Origin: Azolla caroliniana
Lineage: Eukaryota > Plantae > Polypodiophyta
Length of the DNA stretch: 12,299 bases
Direction: 5' to 3'
Assembly (NCBI GenBank): GCA_043228905.1
Contig: JBHGNT010001078.1
Coordinates: forward strand, 1 to 12,299
In this document: in pieces, positions 10,901 through 12,299 of the stretch
Position numbering within the stretch: the stretch's first letter is position 1
How the letters are laid out: every line of letters begins with the position of its first letter
Notes under the pieces: model-generated
Databases searched by the model: none
What the model saw: only the letters and a program-made list of their open reading frames with translations
Told to the model about the DNA's origin: nothing
Made by a program: the position numbers and the translations under genes

Positions 10901-11553
10901 GTGTGAGAATCGAAGCTCACAACGCTAGCTATAATATGAATTAAAAAATCAAGATTTTGAAACTCAGATCGAGAGACATGACGAAATTACCAAATTTCAG
11001 GAGTGAGTTGAGAAGAGCTAGGAGGTAAATTAAAATGTTCATACCTGGATCGTGTGATATCGAATATTTGCGTTCAAACATGCGAATCGAAGCTAACAAC
11101 GCTAGCTATAATATGGAATTAAAAAATCAAGATTTTGAAACTTAGATCGAGAAACATGAAGAAATTACCAAATTTGAGGAGTGAGTTGAGAAGAGCTAGG
11201 AGGTAAATTAAAATGTTCATACCTGGATCGTGTGATATCGAATATTTGCGTTCAAACATGCGAATCGAAGCTAACAACGCTAGCTATGATATGGAATTAA
11301 AAAATCAAGATTTTGAAACGCAGGTCGAGAAACATGACGAAATTACCAAATTTGAGGAGTGAGTTGAGAGGAGCCCTTGAGTAATTGAAAATGTTCATAC
11401 CTGGCTCGTGTAATATCGGATTTTTGTATTCAAACATGCGAATCGAAGCTAACAACGCTAGTTATGATATGGAATCAAAAAATCAAGATTCTGAAACTCA
11501 GGTTGAGAGACATGACGAAATTACCAAATTTGAGGAGTGAGTTGAGAAGAGCT
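1941..11553 (+). repeat. Satellite block 3, forward orientation (~54 monomers)
   Basis: Exact 178-bp phase from 1984 to 10884, then one monomer shortened by 27 bp (10884 to 11035); ends at GAGAAGAGCT (11553). Confidence 0.95.
2896..4319 (+). repeat. Tandem 4-monomer (712-bp) higher-order duplication
   Basis: 2896-3607 is nearly identical to 3608-4319. Diagnostic variants GACGAAAATACC (3175, 3887), GGATCGTG/TATTTGCG and ATTACTAAA recur at +712; I saw only two differences (3357, 3808). Confidence 0.85.
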
Positions 11554-11856
11554 TCTCGACCTGAGTTTCAAAATCTTGATTTTTTGATTCCATATCATAA
11601 CTAGCGTTGTTAGCTTCGATTCGCATGTTTGAACACAAAAATCCGATATTACACGAGCCAGGTATGAACATTTTCAATTACTCAAGGGCTCCTCTCAAGT
11701 CACTCCTCAAATTTGGTAATTTCGTCATGTCTCTCGACTAAGATTCCATATCATAGCTAGCGTTGTTAGCTTCGATTCGCATGTTTGAACACAAAAATCC
11801 GATATTACACCGAGCCAGGTAATGAACATTTTCATTTACTCAAGGGCTCCTCTCAA
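10839..11856. repeat. Right arm of ~1-kb inverted duplication (partner 876-1940)
   Basis: Reverse complement of 876-1940 (coordinates sum to 12752 around the junction), apart from 26-bp, 1-bp and ~21-bp deletions and a few small indels. Confidence 0.88.
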
Positions 11857-12299
11857 GTCACTCCTCAAACTTTAGTAATTTCGTCATGTCTCTCAACCTG
11901 AGTTTCACAAATCTTGATTTTTTTAATTCCATATCAATAGCTAGCGTTGTTAGCTTCGATTCGCATGTTTGAACGCAAATATTCGATATCACACGATCCA
12001 GGTATGAACATTTTAATTTACCTCCTAGCTCTTCTCAACTCACTCCTCAAATTTGGTAATTCCGTCATGTCTCTCGACCTGAGTTTCAAAATCTTGATTT
12101 TTTTAATTCCATATTATAGCTAGCGTTGTTAGCTTCGATTCGCATGTTTTGAACACAAAAATTCGATATCACACGAGCCAGGTATGAACATTTTAATTTA
12201 CCTCCTAGCTCTTCTCAACTCACTCCTGAAATTTGGTATTTTCGTCATGTCTCTCGATCTGAGTTTCAAAATCTTGATTTTTTAATTCCATATCATAAG
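11554..12299 (-). repeat. Satellite block 4, inverted and indel-rich (~4.3 monomers)
   Basis: Begins TCTCGACCTGAGTTTCAAAATC (reverse complement of the monomer); has a ~21-bp deletion near 11746 and several 1-bp insertions. Confidence 0.93.

Larger units (their letters stand above)
1..12299. repeat. 178-bp tandem satellite DNA array (~69 monomers), family unassigned
   Basis: The anchor ATGTTCATACCTGG recurs at 13, 191, 369, 547 (ATGGTC variant), 725, 903 and 1081, then at 1984, 2162 ... 10884, always 178 bp apart. Consensus: ATGTTCATACCTGGCTCGTGTGATATCGAATTTTTGTGTTCAAACATGCGAATCGAAGCTAACAACGCTAGCTATAATATGGAATTAAAAAATCAAGATTTTGAAACTCAGGTCGAGAGACATGACGAAATTACCAAATTTGAGGAGTGAGTTGAG(AAGAGCTAGGAGGTAAATT or AGGAGCCCTTGAGTAAATG)AAA. 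Confidence 0.98.

Noticed and set aside
1941-11553. Long repeat-protein CDS running through the array
   Set aside because: 178 is not a multiple of 3 and each monomer has stop codons, so no multi-monomer ORF is possible.
876-11856. Transposon or foldback element with long terminal inverted repeats
   Set aside because: The arms are made of the satellite itself; there is no transposase, target-site duplication or distinct terminus.
1-12299. CRISPR array
   Set aside because: The entire 178-bp unit repeats; there are no unique spacers and no cas genes.
1-12299. Arabidopsis CEN178, or primate alpha satellite with a CENP-B box
   Set aside because: Only the length is similar. The sequence does not match those consensuses as I recall them, and no TTCG-N4-A-N2-CGGG box is present. 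A database search was not possible.
1-12299. Tandem 5S rRNA, tRNA or snRNA/SL gene array
   Set aside because: No recognisable 5S, tRNA cloverleaf, A/B box or spliced-leader motif in the monomer on either strand.

Overview
The whole 12.3-kb window is one AT-rich (~36% GC by hand count) tandem satellite of about 69 copies of a 178-bp monomer, with no unique sequence. It looks like eukaryotic heterochromatic or centromeric satellite DNA; I do not recognise the family or host. The array changes strand three times: + 1-1198, - 1199-1940, + 1941-11553, - 11554-12299. The junctions at 1198/1199 and 11553/11554 are exact reverse complements, so 876-1940 and 10839-11856 form a ~1-kb inverted duplication sharing private variants. 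The junction at 1940 is a perfect 22-bp hairpin with a 2-nt loop. Variant patterns show multi-monomer duplications (offsets of 4, 8, 18 and 22 monomers) and two monomer subtypes. Almost every monomer carries a 49-codon ATG..TGA ORF, preceded in one subtype by AGGAGG, but its substitution pattern looks neutral, so coding function is doubtful. The last ~550 bp is indel-rich and looks like low-quality consensus, so amplification or assembly artefacts must be excluded for the inversions. No recognisable genes, RNAs, CRISPR arrays or mobile elements were found.
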